A stretch of 64,000 bases of DNA. Origin: Verrucomicrobiota bacterium. Lineage in GTDB: Bacteria > Verrucomicrobiota > Verrucomicrobiia > Opitutales > Cerasicoccaceae. The notes under the pieces were generated by a model. That model was not told where the DNA came from. It worked only from the letters and a program-made list of their open reading frames with translations, and searched no databases. The DNA is taken from contig JBCBUK010000010.1 in the NCBI GenBank assembly GCA_039818205.1, positions 64,001-128,000 of the forward strand. Reading direction: 5' to 3'. Each line of letters begins with the position of its first letter. The stretch's first letter is position 1. This document shows, in pieces, positions 1-10,688 of the stretch. A program made the position numbers and the translations under genes.

Positions 1-549
1 GGTGTCCACCGCCTTGTGCGAATTAGCCCGTTCGATTCAAATAGTCGCCGCCATACCTCGTTTTCCGCGGTCGATGTGGTTGCGGAGGTTGATGATGACG
101 TGGATATCGAGATCCCGCCGGACGAAATCCGTATCGATACCCAGCGCGCCAGTGGTGCAGGCGGTCAGCACGTCAACAAGACCGAGTCCGCGATTCGTAT
201 CACCCACTTGCCAACAAACATCGTTGTCTACTGCCAAACCCAGCGTTCTCAGCACAAGAACAAGGATCAGGCCATGCGTCAGCTCAAGTCGCGCCTCTAC
301 GAAAAGGCCCTCGATGAGAAACGCTCCGAGATGGAGAAGTTCTACAGTGAGAAGGGCGAGATCGGTTGGGGAAACCAGATTCGCAGCTATGTCTTTCAAC
401 CTTACCAGATGGTCAAGGATCTACGCACCGGCGTAGAAACGGGCAACGTCCAGGCGGTCATGGATGGCGACCTCGATGCCTTTGTAAACGGTTGGCTTCG
501 CGCCGGGTGCCCTCGCCACCGCAATAAGGACGTCCAGCTCGACGACTAG
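1..549 (+). CDS. prfB: Peptide chain release factor 2, 3' part (5' end outside window)
   Basis: SPF specificity tripeptide (RISPFDS..RRHTSF), GGQ motif ([14 protein letters not shown]), [12 protein letters not shown] at 547-549. Confidence 0.97.
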   Translation, partial: GVHRLVRISPFDSNSRRHTSFSAVDVVAEVDDDVDIEIPPDEIRIDTQRASGAGGQHVNKTESAIRITHLPTNIVVYCQTQRSQHKNKDQAMRQLKSRLYEKALDEKRSEMEKFYSEKGEIGWGNQIRSYVFQPYQMVKDLRTGVETGNVQAVMDGDLDAFVNGWLRAGCPRHRNKDVQLDD

Positions 550-1139
550 ACCGCGCGGAATCGCGTTTCGACGAAGTGTTGCAATTCGGGGAAAAAGGCG
601 AGGAAGTCTTCCTCGATTTGCCCGTGTTTGGCGACGAGTGCCGGCAAGTATTGCTGCGTGGATTCGCGTTGGCGAACGCGCTCGGAGAGCCGGGCGTCAA
701 CGCGCTCCATCGCGCTTTCCACCCCACTGATGGGCTCATAGCGGCCCAGGCGATTAGACTTGATGATACCTGCGACGAATTGGCCTGCCTCGGTTGGCAT
801 CTTATCGATATGAGGCTGCGCCTGGTCATAAAACTGGTTGAGGAAACTCGCCAAGCTTTGCTGTGAATAGCGCTGTCAGTTGCGGGAGAGCATGTGGTCG
901 TAAGCCAAGTCGACCACCACACCTCGCAAATGTCCGACATCACCCAAGCTGCGAACACTGTTCTTCCAGCAAGGGTGGCTATCGGTAAAGGAATCAATGG
1001 CTTGATGAAGCTGAATGCCAGCGCGCATGCCCTCGCTCATGTCATCCCACGTGCGGCCTTTTAACAAGTCCGCGAGCAGGTTGCCCAACTGATTCTCAAT
1101 GTTGGGTGGAGAAAGAAAAATGTGCGCCAGCCAATTCAT
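546..1139 (-). pseudogene. acpH: ACP phosphodiesterase (AcpH/YajB family) interrupted by an in-frame TGA at 876-878
   Basis: MNWLAH..LGNLLAD..KG, GIQLHQAIDSFTD.HP, VD..YDH motifs. ORFs 876-1139 and 546-854 are in the same frame and join as YDHMLSRN*QRYSQQSLASFLNQFY. Confidence 0.85.
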
Positions 1140-1834
1140 TATCCTGCGGTGTGCTGGAAGTAGAGCTCTTCATAGGGCTGAACCACCACGAATCCGGTAC
1201 CGGCAAATTCCATTTGGAAGGACTCGCCGCTGCCTCGGCCGATGAAGGTTTTAAACGAGACATCCTTGCGGAAGGTGGGCTCCAGATTGGCCGACCACGC
1301 CACCGTGGCATTCGGATCGGTTATCACTGGATTATTGGGGGTGACCTGCAGTGTGAGTGGTTCAAAATGCGTCGCAAACGCAATCATTCCCTGACCTTGA
1401 AGGCGGACATTGAAGAGACCGCCCGATAGCATGGCGCTGACTTTCCGCATCATTTTGATCTTGTTGTCGATCTGCATCTCAAACGCCAGGATGTCGTTTC
1501 CGTTCACGCAGATGGCTTCGTTTTGGAGATTCAGGACTTTGACCTTCTTGCCGCTGTCGGCGAGATAGAGCTGGCCGGTGCCTTCCGCTTTCGTCAGCTG
1601 AGCACCCTCGCCGCTAACGGCCTTTTTGAGTAGGTTTCCCACGCCTTGGGCCAGGATGCCTTCTCGGGTGAACTTTATCTGTCCGTTGTAGGCGACCATG
1701 GCACCCTTCTTCATCCAGATGGAGCCATTGAGGTTTACCTCAAGAAAACGATCGGTTTCCAATTCGAAGATGCCTTGGCCGCGATCGCGTTGTTGTGTTT
1801 TGTCGAGAAACTCTGTGAGTGAATAGCTTTGCAT
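1139..1834 (-). CDS. AIM24 family protein
   Basis: KGAMVAY.G, G.G.LYLAD, GGLFNVRL.G.G, TDP.ATVAWS, GRGSGESFQMEF.G.GFVVVQP; ATG at 1834 preferred over 1888. Confidence 0.9.
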   Translation of the reverse strand: MQSYSLTEFLDKTQQRDRGQGIFELETDRFLEVNLNGSIWMKKGAMVAYNGQIKFTREGILAQGVGNLLKKAVSGEGAQLTKAEGTGQLYLADSGKKVKVLNLQNEAICVNGNDILAFEMQIDNKIKMMRKVSAMLSGGLFNVRLQGQGMIAFATHFEPLTLQVTPNNPVITDPNATVAWSANLEPTFRKDVSFKTFIGRGSGESFQMEFAGTGFVVVQPYEELYFQHTAG

Positions 1835-1914
1835 AATGTTTCGGTGGTTGGAGATTTTGACGAGTGGTTCGGGTTGTTTGGCCAGCACGCTTGTGGTCCA
1901 GCCAGTGTATGGAT

Positions 1915-2031
1915 TTACAGGAATAGATTGAGTTTGGGGATTGCGACGCCCGCTCCGCCCAGGAGGTTAAGAACGATGCCAGCACAAACAATCATCGCGC
2001 ACATCCCAATGATGCCGTCAGCGGATTCCAT
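1915..2031 (-). CDS. Putative 38-aa single-TM small protein
   Basis: Hand translation MESADGIIGMCAMIVCAGIVLNLLGGAGVAIPKLNLFL*; hydrophobic and co-oriented with flanking genes; below ORF-track cutoff. Confidence 0.45.
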   Translation of the reverse strand: MESADGIIGMCAMIVCAGIVLNLLGGAGVAIPKLNLFL

Positions 2032-2173
2032 AGCTTAGTTGAGGTTGTTTTTGGCCGGGCCCTAGTGTCTTGTGATGGGCGGTATCACTTGAGGCATCGA
2101 TCATCACAAGACATTGTGAAAGCTCAACGCCATTTTGGTAAAATTTCCGCCGCAATCGCCGGAAGCGCCTTAT

Positions 2174-2569
2174 CTAACCGCCTACTCGCACAACTCGGTA
2201 GCCCTTGGCCGTCAGCTCCGGTTCTACCGCGTCGCGCACATCACCTTGCAATTCCACGGTCTTGCCTTGGACTTTTCCCCCACAGCCGAGGCGGGTTTTG
2301 AAGTGCTTGAGCATCGCATCGAGCTCCTGCGGCCCGGTGTGGTTCATGCCTTCACCGGAAAGAATGGTCACGACTTTGCCGCCACGGCCACCCTTCTGCC
2401 GCATCAGGTCAACCCGCCCGCGCTTCTTAGGCTTCGCGGCCTTGCCTTGGGCTTGGGCTTTGGGTTTGGGTGCTGGCGTGGATTGTTGGGGAAGCCCTTC
2501 GCCAGTGAGGCTGGCAAAGGGATTGGCAGCGAGGTCGTCGCCACCTTCGGTCGAAATGCGCTTTTTCAT
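2174..2569 (-). CDS. yciH: Translation initiation factor SUI1 family protein
   Basis: KGGRGGKVVT, LK..K.RLGCGG.V, ELQGD.R motifs. Confidence 0.9.
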   Translation of the reverse strand: MKKRISTEGGDDLAANPFASLTGEGLPQQSTPAPKPKAQAQGKAAKPKKRGRVDLMRQKGGRGGKVVTILSGEGMNHTGPQELDAMLKHFKTRLGCGGKVQGKTVELQGDVRDAVEPELTAKGYRVVRVGG

Positions 2570-2578
2570 GGCCAGATC

Positions 2579-2806
2579 CTATGATTTGCCCGAACAGCCG
2601 CCTGGCGGAATGCTCTCGGCCTCTCCCTTGAGAAATGCGAGTGCCTTGCCGTAACTGCGCCGCTCCAAAAAGTGCGCCAAACGCGCCGGAAGCTCCGAGG
2701 CGTGCGCTTCGTGAAAGGCATCAAGCTCCCGAATCACCTCGCCCAAGGGACGATCTCGGCTCTCCAAGGATTCGAGATTCTTACGTAGTTGATTAAAATC
2801 GCTCAT
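2579..2806 (-). CDS. Small conserved hypothetical protein
   Basis: 75-aa ATG ORF 9 nt upstream of yciH on the same strand; helical, LAHFLERRSY.KAL. Confidence 0.7.
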   Translation of the reverse strand: MSDFNQLRKNLESLESRDRPLGEVIRELDAFHEAHASELPARLAHFLERRSYGKALAFLKGEAESIPPGGCSGKS

Positions 2807-2970
2807 GTCGTTGGTCGTCTAAGCTTGCGGAAAATCACTAAGAAGTCTATTTCAAGACGTTACAAAATAAAAATTTGTCGCGAAGCTCGAGTTTAATTTT
2901 TCGATTTTAGCAATTTTTGAACGGGCCGACATTTTTTGCGCACTTTGATTTTAGACAGATTCCCAAAGCC

Positions 2971-5730
2971 ATGAAGAACCTCGGCATCGCGAACCGTTGG
3001 AACGCAGACTTGATCGACCAGAATTACGAGCAGTGGCTCGATAATCCGGATGCATTGGATGATCATTGGCGCGCCTTTTTTGAAGGATTTGAGCTCGCCC
3101 AGCAGCTGGCGGACGATGGTGACGGCGCGGCTCCGAGCAGACCAAGCGCGGCGGGCGCAGGTACCGATGCCATTGTGCAGTCCCGCGTGATTGGGGCCAT
3201 TTACGCCTACCGTTCAATTGGTCACACCCAGGCGGCCTACAACCCGCTGCAGCCCAGACCCGTCCCCAACCCGCGAATGACGCTGGAGCGCCTTGGTTTG
3301 GATTCGGTTGGGTCCGATGATCAATATCATACTGGCAATTATTTGGGCGGTGTATTTATGGATGTACCGACGCTCTTGCAGCGCCTGGACGATACCTACT
3401 GCGGACACATCGGCTGTGAGTATATCCACATTCAAGAGACGCCCAAGCGCCGGTGGATCCAGGCCGCGATTGAGCCTGAATGCTTTGTTCCACGATTCAA
3501 TCGTAACGAGAAACTGCGGATTTTGAACAAGATCATGCAGGCGGAATCGTTTGAGCGCTTCCTGCACACCCGCTATGTGGGTCAAAAGCGTTTCTCGCTC
3601 GAAGGCGGTGAAACGTTTATCGCGGCGCTTGACCTGCTGATCGAGGATTGCCCGTCCAATGGCGTCGAAGAGATTGTCATGGGTATGGCCCATCGCGGTC
3701 GCCTCAACGTGCTGGCGAACATCCTGGGTAAGTCCTATCGGTTCCTCTTTCGCGAGTTTTCCGAGAACTATATTCCCGAATCGATCCACGGTGATGGCGA
3801 TGTGAAATACCACCTTGGTTACGAGTCGACCGTAAAGACCTCTTCTGGGGCGGAGATCGAGTTGCGCTTGGCTGCAAATCCAAGCCACCTGGAAGCTGTG
3901 GACCCAGTCGTGCAGGGAAAAGCCCGGGCCCGCCAACGTATCCGGGGTGACCTGGAGCGTCGCCGAGTGTTGCCGCTATTAATTCACGGTGACGCTGCTT
4001 TCGCAGGCCAAGGGGTGGTAGCGGAGACTCTCAATCTCGCCAAGTTGAAGGGATATCGCACAGGCGGGACGATTCATGTGGTGATCAACAACCAGATCGG
4101 ATTCACCACCGATCCGCGGGACTCACGTTCGAGCCGCTACTGCACCGACATCGCGAAGATGATCGATGTGCCGATTTTCCATGTCAATGGGGACGACCCG
4201 TTGGCCGTTTGCGAGGTCATGCGCCTTGCTGCCCGCTATCGCCAAGAGTTCGGAGACGACGTCGTTATCGACATGTATTGTTACCGCCGCCATGGGCACA
4301 ACGAGAGCGATGAGCCGGGCTTTACCCAGCCGGATCTCTATCAGCGCCTGTCGAAGCATCCCGCGATCAGTGAGACGCTTAAGCAGCGCCTGATTCAGGA
4401 GAATGAAATCACAGAGAAGGATGCGGACCAACTCACCGAGGCCTATCAGAATGTTCTGAACGATGCCTTCCTCGACGTAAAAAAGGAGGAGGAGAAAAAC
4501 AAGGGTAATGGCTTGGCTTGCAAGCTGGAAGGCTCCGCTGCGGTCATCCAACCACCCTACAATTTTGATCCGGTAGCGACGGGCGTGGATGTTGATCCGT
4601 TGACGCATGTTGCTCGCCGCCTCACGGAGATCCCGGGCAACTTCACCGCAAATTCAAAGATTGCGCGTCAGCTCAAGCAGAAGTGGAAGAATTTCCAGAA
4701 GGGTTCGGGCATTGATTGGGCTTTTGCGGAGTCGATGGCTTTTGGGACGCTTTTGCTCGACGGTACGCCGGTTCGCTTGTCCGGTCAGGATTCCGAGCGC
4801 GGAACCTTCAGCCAGCGCCATACTGCATGGTATGACACGGACACCCGCGCGCGCTACGTTCCGCTGGTCAACCTGGATGCTAACCAGGCGACGTTCTGCG
4901 TTCATAACTCCAGTTTATCGGAGGCAGCGATCCTGGGTTTCGACTACGGTTACTCCATCGATTACCCGGACATGTTGGCGATTTGGGAAGCGCAGTTCGG
5001 CGACTTTGCCAATGGTGCGCAGGTACATTTCGACCAGTTCCTGGCTAGCAGCGAATCAAAGTGGGGTCGCGTCAGCGGCCTCGTCATGCTCTTGCCACAC
5101 GGATACGAAGGGCAGGGGCCTGAGCACTCAAGCGCTCGGCTGGAGCGATACTTGCAGGCCTGCGCGGAGAACAATATCCAGGTCGCGAACCTTACGACGC
5201 CCGCGCAGTATTTCCATATCTTGCGCCGCCAGAAGATGCGCCCATTTCAAAAGCCATTGGTGATTATGGCACCGAAGAGTCTACTGCGCCATAAGCAATG
5301 TGTCTCCGACACCGAGGAGCTCATTAGTGGCCGCTTCCACGAAATTTTGGACGATACCGCAGCGCCGAAGAAGGCAAAGCGCGTTATCTTGTGCACTGGT
5401 AAAGTCTACTATGACCTCCTTGCCTACCGCAATGATAACGACATTAAGGACGCCGCGATTGTGCGCGTCGAGCAGTTGTATCCAGTCAATGAAACCGTGC
5501 TTGCGGATACGCTCAAGCAATATGGCAGCGCCGAAACATTCGTCTGGTGCCAGGAAGAACCACAAAACATGGGCTCTTGGAATTTCATCTATCATTACCT
5601 GAAGGCGGCGACTGGAGTGGATCCAATTTTCGCCGGCCGTTACGCAGCTGCCAGCCCGGCACCGGGCTCATTGGCAATTCACAAGATCGAGCAACAAGCG
5701 CTTGTTGAGGAGGCGTTCAACAAAGCGTAG
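2971..5730 (+). CDS. sucA: 2-oxoglutarate dehydrogenase E1
   Basis: [30 protein letters not shown] motif, [30 protein letters not shown] at 2971. Confidence 0.98.
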   Translation: MKNLGIANRWNADLIDQNYEQWLDNPDALDDHWRAFFEGFELAQQLADDGDGAAPSRPSAAGAGTDAIVQSRVIGAIYAYRSIGHTQAAYNPLQPRPVPNPRMTLERLGLDSVGSDDQYHTGNYLGGVFMDVPTLLQRLDDTYCGHIGCEYIHIQETPKRRWIQAAIEPECFVPRFNRNEKLRILNKIMQAESFERFLHTRYVGQKRFSLEGGETFIAALDLLIEDCPSNGVEEIVMGMAHRGRLNVLANILGKSYRFLFREFSENYIPESIHGDGDVKYHLGYESTVKTSSGAEIELRLAANPSHLEAVDPVVQGKARARQRIRGDLERRRVLPLLIHGDAAFAGQGVVAETLNLAKLKGYRTGGTIHVVINNQIGFTTDPRDSRSSRYCTDIAKMIDVPIFHVNGDDPLAVCEVMRLAARYRQEFGDDVVIDMYCYRRHGHNESDEPGFTQPDLYQRLSKHPAISETLKQRLIQENEITEKDADQLTEAYQNVLNDAFLDVKKEEEKNKGNGLACKLEGSAAVIQPPYNFDPVATGVDVDPLTHVARRLTEIPGNFTANSKIARQLKQKWKNFQKGSGIDWAFAESMAFGTLLLDGTPVRLSGQDSERGTFSQRHTAWYDTDTRARYVPLVNLDANQATFCVHNSSLSEAAILGFDYGYSIDYPDMLAIWEAQFGDFANGAQVHFDQFLASSESKWGRVSGLVMLLPHGYEGQGPEHSSARLERYLQACAENNIQVANLTTPAQYFHILRRQKMRPFQKPLVIMAPKSLLRHKQCVSDTEELISGRFHEILDDTAAPKKAKRVILCTGKVYYDLLAYRNDNDIKDAAIVRVEQLYPVNETVLADTLKQYGSAETFVWCQEEPQNMGSWNFIYHYLKAATGVDPIFAGRYAAASPAPGSLAIHKIEQQALVEEAFNKA

Positions 5731-5755
5731 CCGATTCTAGTGGAAGGAAATCCTT

Positions 5756-5783
5756 TGAGCGAAAGTGAGAGATCCTTCGCTCA
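5756..5783 (+). promoter_or_regulatory. Intercistronic stem-loop between sucA and sucB
   Basis: TGAGCGAA-N12-TTCGCTCA inverted repeat; no U-tract directly after. Confidence 0.45.
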
Positions 5784-5849
5784 GAACGACTCCATTTTTA
5801 TCCCTGATTCACGTCACCATTTTAATACCTAGAATTTCGCATATATATC

Positions 5850-7067
5850 ATGGCTGTTGATGTAAAAATCCCCGCGCTTGGTGAGTCGATCACCACCGGT
5901 ATCTTGGCCGCCTGGCACGTTAAGGAAGGCGACTACGTTAAGAAAGAGCAGGTGCTGTTTGAACTGGAGACCGACAAGATCACGTCGGAGGGCTTGGCCG
6001 AGGCCGAAGGTGCGGTCAGTTTGAAAGTCGAGGAAGGAGACGAAGTCGAGATCGGGCAGGTAGTCGCCGTGATCGATGATTCTGCGGCACCCGCTGCGCC
6101 CGCATCGGCACCTGAGCCTGCTGCCGCCGAAGCCGCCACGCCCGCTCCGGCTGCGCCAGTGGCATCCGAGAAGCCAGCTCCAGCTGATGCTCAATCGCCG
6201 GCGGTTCGCCGCCTCGCCTCGGAGTCCGGCATCGACCCAACCACGGTTGACGGTTCTGGTAAAGGCGGCCGTGTAACCAAGGGTGACATGCTTTCCGCGA
6301 TCGAGAAGGGCACGACTCCGGCACCCGCTCCGGTGGCAACGGCTGCTGCGGCTCAACCAGCCGCTGTCGACCGCACCACCCGTCGCAAGATGACTCCGCT
6401 CCGTCGCAAGATTGCCGAGCGTTTGGTTGCGGCAGCTAATGAGGCTGCGCTGCTCACGACTTTTAACGAGGTCGACATGAGTGCCATCATGAAGTTGCGT
6501 AAGCAGCACCAGGAAAAGTTTGTTGATAAGCATGGAGTGAAGCTCGGCTTCATGTCCTTCTTCGTAAAAGCGGTCGTCGATGCGCTCGAAGCCGTCCCCG
6601 AGCTCAACACGCAGCTGGACGGTGACCATATCATCCAAAATCACTTTTATGATGTCGGTGTTGCTGTAGGAACGGACAAGGGTCTGATGGTCCCCGTTGT
6701 GCGGGATTGCGATACTAAGGGATTCGCGGAGATCGAGAACGACATCATTGGCTACGCCAAGGCGGCCCGCGCGGGTAAAATCAAATTGGATGATCTGCAA
6801 GGCGGTGTCTTTACGATATCGAACGGCGGTATCTATGGCAGCATGCTCTCCACCCCGTTGCTGAACATGCCGCAAACGGGTATCCTTGGACTGCACAATA
6901 TCACCCAACGTGCGGTGGTGGTGAATGGCGAAATCGTCGCTCGCCCGATGATGTATCTGGCTCTTAGCTATGACCACCGCGTCGTCGATGGTAAAGAAGC
7001 AGTGACCTTCCTCGTCAAAGTTAAGGAGTCAATCGAAGATCCAACCAAACTGATGTTTGGAATCTAG
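5850..7067 (+). CDS. sucB: Dihydrolipoyllysine succinyltransferase E2
   Basis: Lipoyl ETDK motif, Ala/Pro linkers, E3-binding [16 protein letters not shown], catalytic SYDHRVVDG. Confidence 0.98.
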   Translation: MAVDVKIPALGESITTGILAAWHVKEGDYVKKEQVLFELETDKITSEGLAEAEGAVSLKVEEGDEVEIGQVVAVIDDSAAPAAPASAPEPAAAEAATPAPAAPVASEKPAPADAQSPAVRRLASESGIDPTTVDGSGKGGRVTKGDMLSAIEKGTTPAPAPVATAAAAQPAAVDRTTRRKMTPLRRKIAERLVAAANEAALLTTFNEVDMSAIMKLRKQHQEKFVDKHGVKLGFMSFFVKAVVDALEAVPELNTQLDGDHIIQNHFYDVGVAVGTDKGLMVPVVRDCDTKGFAEIENDIIGYAKAARAGKIKLDDLQGGVFTISNGGIYGSMLSTPLLNMPQTGILGLHNITQRAVVVNGEIVARPMMYLALSYDHRVVDGKEAVTFLVKVKESIEDPTKLMFGI

Positions 7068-7107
7068 AAGCTTCACGAGAAACACAATTTCAAACCCTCT
7101 TTTTGTT

Positions 7108-8505
7108 ATGGCAGATTACGATTTACTGGTGATTGGATCGGGACCGGGTGGCTATGTTGCTGCGATCCGTGGTGCGCAACTTGGGATGAAAACCGCCTTG
7201 GTTGAAAAGGATTCCTACCTCGGCGGAACCTGTTTGAACGTTGGCTGCATTCCCAGCAAAGCGCTGTTGCACTCCACCGAAGTCTTCCACTTCCTCCACG
7301 AACGTGGTGAGGATCATGGCATCAAGACCGGGAAGTTGACGAGCGATATTCCAGCACTGATGAAGCGTAAAGACGGCGTTGTGCAGCAGCTGCGCAATGG
7401 TGTTACCCAGTTGATCAAGGCGCGCAAAATTGAAGTCCTTGAAGGGCTTGGCTCGCTGGCAGGTGAGGGCAAGGTCAACGTTGAGGGGCCCAAGGGAGGT
7501 CAAACCGTCACGGCCACAAATATCATTATTGCAACGGGTTCAGTTCCGATTGAGCTGCCGTTCATGAAGTTTGACGGTAAGGTTGTTGTTTCCAGCGACG
7601 AAGCCATCGCTTTTGAGAAAATTCCCAAGAAGTTGGTCGTCGTTGGTGGTGGCGCGATTGGCCTCGAGCTTGGCAGCGTATGGTCACGGCTCGGAAGCGA
7701 AGTCACCGTGGTGGAGATGCTGACGCAAATCGCTCCTACTTACGACAAGGATGTTTCCAAAATGGCTGAGCGCTTGTTCAAGAAGCAGGGTATTCAGTTT
7801 GAGTTGGGCACCCGCGTCACGGGCGTAGCAAAGGAGGGGCGTAAGTCATTCCTTACCGCTGAGAAAGGCGAAAAAGATCTGAAGTTTGAAGCAGATAAAA
7901 TCTTGGTGGCCGTTGGGCGCAAACCAACCACCGACGGCCTTAACGCGGCCGCTGCGGGCGTCGAGCTCGACGAGAAGGGACGCGTAAAGACGGACGAGCA
8001 TTTCCGTACATCAGCCCCAGGTATCTATGCGATTGGCGACGTTGTTGCCGGCCCAATGCTCGCACACAAGGCCGAGGAAGAGGGGGTTGCGTGCGTCGAG
8101 TTGATCGCTGGCAAAGGTGGTCATGTGAACTACGACGTCATTCCCAATGTTGTCTACACAGAACCAGAAATCGCCTCGGTCGGAATTGGCGAAGACATGG
8201 CCAAGGAACAAAAGATTGCGGTATCGGTTGGCAAGTTTCCGCTTGCTGCGAATGGCCGCGCGATCGCAGTGGATTCAACCGATGGCTTTGTAAAAGTTAT
8301 TTCGGACAAGACAACCGATCGTCTCTTGGGCGTGCAAATTATTGCTAAGGGGGCCAGCGAGCTTATTGCTTCAGCGGTAACGCACATGGAGTATGGTGGC
8401 AGTGCTGAAGACCTGGGCCGCACAATTCATGCTCACCCAACCATGAGCGAGTCCATGAAGGAAGCAGGTCTTGCCGCGAACAAATCGGCAATCCACGCCC
8501 TCTAG
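7108..8505 (+). CDS. lpdA: Dihydrolipoyl dehydrogenase E3
   Basis: [20 protein letters not shown] disulfide motif, HAHPT.SE; ATG at 7108. Confidence 0.98.
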   Translation: MADYDLLVIGSGPGGYVAAIRGAQLGMKTALVEKDSYLGGTCLNVGCIPSKALLHSTEVFHFLHERGEDHGIKTGKLTSDIPALMKRKDGVVQQLRNGVTQLIKARKIEVLEGLGSLAGEGKVNVEGPKGGQTVTATNIIIATGSVPIELPFMKFDGKVVVSSDEAIAFEKIPKKLVVVGGGAIGLELGSVWSRLGSEVTVVEMLTQIAPTYDKDVSKMAERLFKKQGIQFELGTRVTGVAKEGRKSFLTAEKGEKDLKFEADKILVAVGRKPTTDGLNAAAAGVELDEKGRVKTDEHFRTSAPGIYAIGDVVAGPMLAHKAEEEGVACVELIAGKGGHVNYDVIPNVVYTEPEIASVGIGEDMAKEQKIAVSVGKFPLAANGRAIAVDSTDGFVKVISDKTTDRLLGVQIIAKGASELIASAVTHMEYGGSAEDLGRTIHAHPTMSESMKEAGLAANKSAIHAL

Positions 8506-8506
8506 T

Positions 8507-9457
8507 TTATCTGCCTGCCTTCAGGCGTCGCAGACCAATTAATATCCAGTTCAGCGCCTCCGCACTCGTGGATGCGTTGAATAGGCGTTGATTCTCCTCG
8601 AGGCTGAGTCGATTCGACTCGCAAAGGCGCTTGATTACTGCGTTTGATTCTGATCCTAGCCTTCCGGCTGCTCGATGGAAATTATCCCAAATGCTTTCCA
8701 AATCAAGTGGTCTAAGATCAGAAGCTGGATCACGTAGCTCTTCGACATGGGTTACCGGATCTTGATAGCACTTAGCTAAATCCCCGTTCAGCTGAAAGTT
8801 GATTTGGCGGGGAATGCCTTCCAGTCTGTCGATCGCATACTCGGTAACGCCTCCAAACAGGCGAGAAAGATAGAGCGGTTTTTTAAGAGCGAGGCTCAAT
8901 AGAATCTCTTCTAGAACGCCCGGGGTCCGTCCCCATGGTGCCGATTGCAGGTTTCCCTCTATCATGTCCCGTCCGCCAAAAGCGATTCGGGCTGTAGATT
9001 CTTCAGTCATCTCGCGACGCATTACGCTAAGCGATACCGCCCGCTGGTAGGTTCCAAGGGCACCATCAGGAAGGTTGGGCGCGCTGGTATCAACGAGGTT
9101 CAGCACGCCCCTAATTTGGCGTTCGCGCCATTCCTCCAAGGGGTTCGCTGACCCATGGTATCGAAAGTTGTGAATTAGAGGATTCTTTCGTGCGTCCTCG
9201 TGGGCAAGAACGGCATCGTGAGCTTCAGCCATCTCATAGAGGGCTAGCATTACGCCATCGGCCCGCCAGTCATGACCGAAACAAACGGCGGCACCATGTG
9301 AGATTAATGTACGAGCGATCTCGAGGACCACCTCGTTCACTTGGTCTGCGCCGTAGCTCCATTTCGAAGGCTCGAGTGGGTTCGAAATGCCAACCGATAC
9401 GATCAGTCCGCCGAGGAGCGGGTCGGTATCGAAGTTTGATATCTGATCGAGACTCAT
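8507..9457 (-). CDS. SLOG superfamily nucleotide-binding protein (SLOG cluster-2-like), standalone
   Basis: GxxVSVGIS, G..V.FGHDWR.DG, SLS.MR..M....ARI..GG, GR.PGVLEE.......KPLYL...FGG motifs typical of conflict-associated SLOG domains. Confidence 0.75.
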   Translation of the reverse strand: MSLDQISNFDTDPLLGGLIVSVGISNPLEPSKWSYGADQVNEVVLEIARTLISHGAAVCFGHDWRADGVMLALYEMAEAHDAVLAHEDARKNPLIHNFRYHGSANPLEEWRERQIRGVLNLVDTSAPNLPDGALGTYQRAVSLSVMRREMTEESTARIAFGGRDMIEGNLQSAPWGRTPGVLEEILLSLALKKPLYLSRLFGGVTEYAIDRLEGIPRQINFQLNGDLAKCYQDPVTHVEELRDPASDLRPLDLESIWDNFHRAAGRLGSESNAVIKRLCESNRLSLEENQRLFNASTSAEALNWILIGLRRLKAGR

Positions 9458-10683
9458 GGCTGCAGCGAGGTTTGCATCACAATTTTCTGTGGAGTCGTGA
9501 GTATAATCGATCCTTGAAACGTATCAATCAAGCCTTTGACTGCTGGTGCAAAGACTCCGGTCAGTGGGGGATCTTGGTGGAGGATCATGTACCGATTGCC
9601 GCTGCCTGGTTGTAGGTCGCGAATCGCATAGGCAATCTGGCTCATTGAAGGTGGGTAAGGAATTACACTGCTCTGATTGAACTTCAGATTTGTTTGTTGC
9701 TGGTAGGCGTGAAAGAACCGTTCAAGTGCTAATCGCTTGATGTTTTCTCGGAACGCCGAAAACAATGCTCGAAACAAGTTGCCATCAGCCAGAGATACAG
9801 TGGGTGCACCGTCGTGGGTTAATCGGTCGGCGCCGCGCTCAAGTTGTTGCCGTATCTCAACGTTAACAAGGGGAACGCCATTGTCTCGAGCCCAGACAAA
9901 CTCTTGCCGACACCATGGGCGGGTGTCGTAGCCGTCAGTCCGAAGAACAACTATTGTTGAATCAGAAATGCCGCGTTTAATCTCGCTTCTCCAATCGTTG
10001 ACGCCCGCAAGATCTTTTGCGTCATACCAGGATGAGAATTCGGTTTGCCGATCGATCAATTGCTGCATTGCCCAAGCCAAGGGAAGTCCATCTTGTTTGG
10101 CATGGCTAAGAAATATCTGCAGCTTTCGACTCCGTCCAGAAGGTCCAGCGATCCCATGAAGCAATAGTCGTCGGGCTTGGCAGAGAGTGTATAGAGCAAA
10201 CCAGACTGTCCGTTCCTCGTTCTCCCCCCAGATGCAACTTCCTTGGCCATTGCTTCGTTTTTCGTCGAGATCTTCGCAACGGATATGTCCATCAATGACA
10301 TTGATGTATCGGGAGTTCAAATCACTCCGGATTTGTTTACCCATGGTCACGATGATTAGACCGTTGTCGGGATCTTTGAGGTTGGCAGCTAGCGGGTCCA
10401 ACCAATCTCGCTTCATCTGTTTGTTCGAATCCTCAGTTACAAAAACAACGAACAGCGAATGCATGGCCTTGTCGAGCAACGCTTGCTGGTCACATAGCGA
10501 GAGTGCTTGTGAGAGCTCCTGAACAGGAACGTCAAGTTTTTCTCCGCTGCGGAGGTAGGCATTTTCGGCAGAACGGTTTCCCTGGATGACATCTTTGATG
10601 CCGTCGAGAAACGGAGCGGCAGACAGGTCGCCGCTATCGCGCACCAGGAAAATTTGTAACGGTGGCCGGGCCAGTGGGTTCAT
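9454..10683 (-). CDS. TIR domain protein (uncharacterised N-terminal domain + TIR + DPPL tail)
   Basis: IFLSHAKQDG, WYD..D, W..EI..GI, Y.TRPWCRQE with catalytic-position Glu; ATG at 10683, 5 nt after upstream stop; ATGA overlap with SLOG gene. Confidence 0.88.
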   Translation of the reverse strand: MNPLARPPLQIFLVRDSGDLSAAPFLDGIKDVIQGNRSAENAYLRSGEKLDVPVQELSQALSLCDQQALLDKAMHSLFVVFVTEDSNKQMKRDWLDPLAANLKDPDNGLIIVTMGKQIRSDLNSRYINVIDGHIRCEDLDEKRSNGQGSCIWGENEERTVWFALYTLCQARRLLLHGIAGPSGRSRKLQIFLSHAKQDGLPLAWAMQQLIDRQTEFSSWYDAKDLAGVNDWRSEIKRGISDSTIVVLRTDGYDTRPWCRQEFVWARDNGVPLVNVEIRQQLERGADRLTHDGAPTVSLADGNLFRALFSAFRENIKRLALERFFHAYQQQTNLKFNQSSVIPYPPSMSQIAYAIRDLQPGSGNRYMILHQDPPLTGVFAPAVKGLIDTFQGSIILTTPQKIVMQTSLQP

Positions 10684-10688
10684 TAGAC

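Noticed and set aside
5829..6977. 382-aa antisense ORF over sucB, and similar shadow ORFs over sucA, asnO and aroC
   Set aside because: Antisense shadows of strongly conserved genes, expected from codon bias at this GC; no motifs
8507..10683. Calling the TIR+SLOG pair canonical Thoeris
   Set aside because: No SIR2 or Macro-TM ThsA; the SLOG is standalone and the TIRs are long multi-domain proteins
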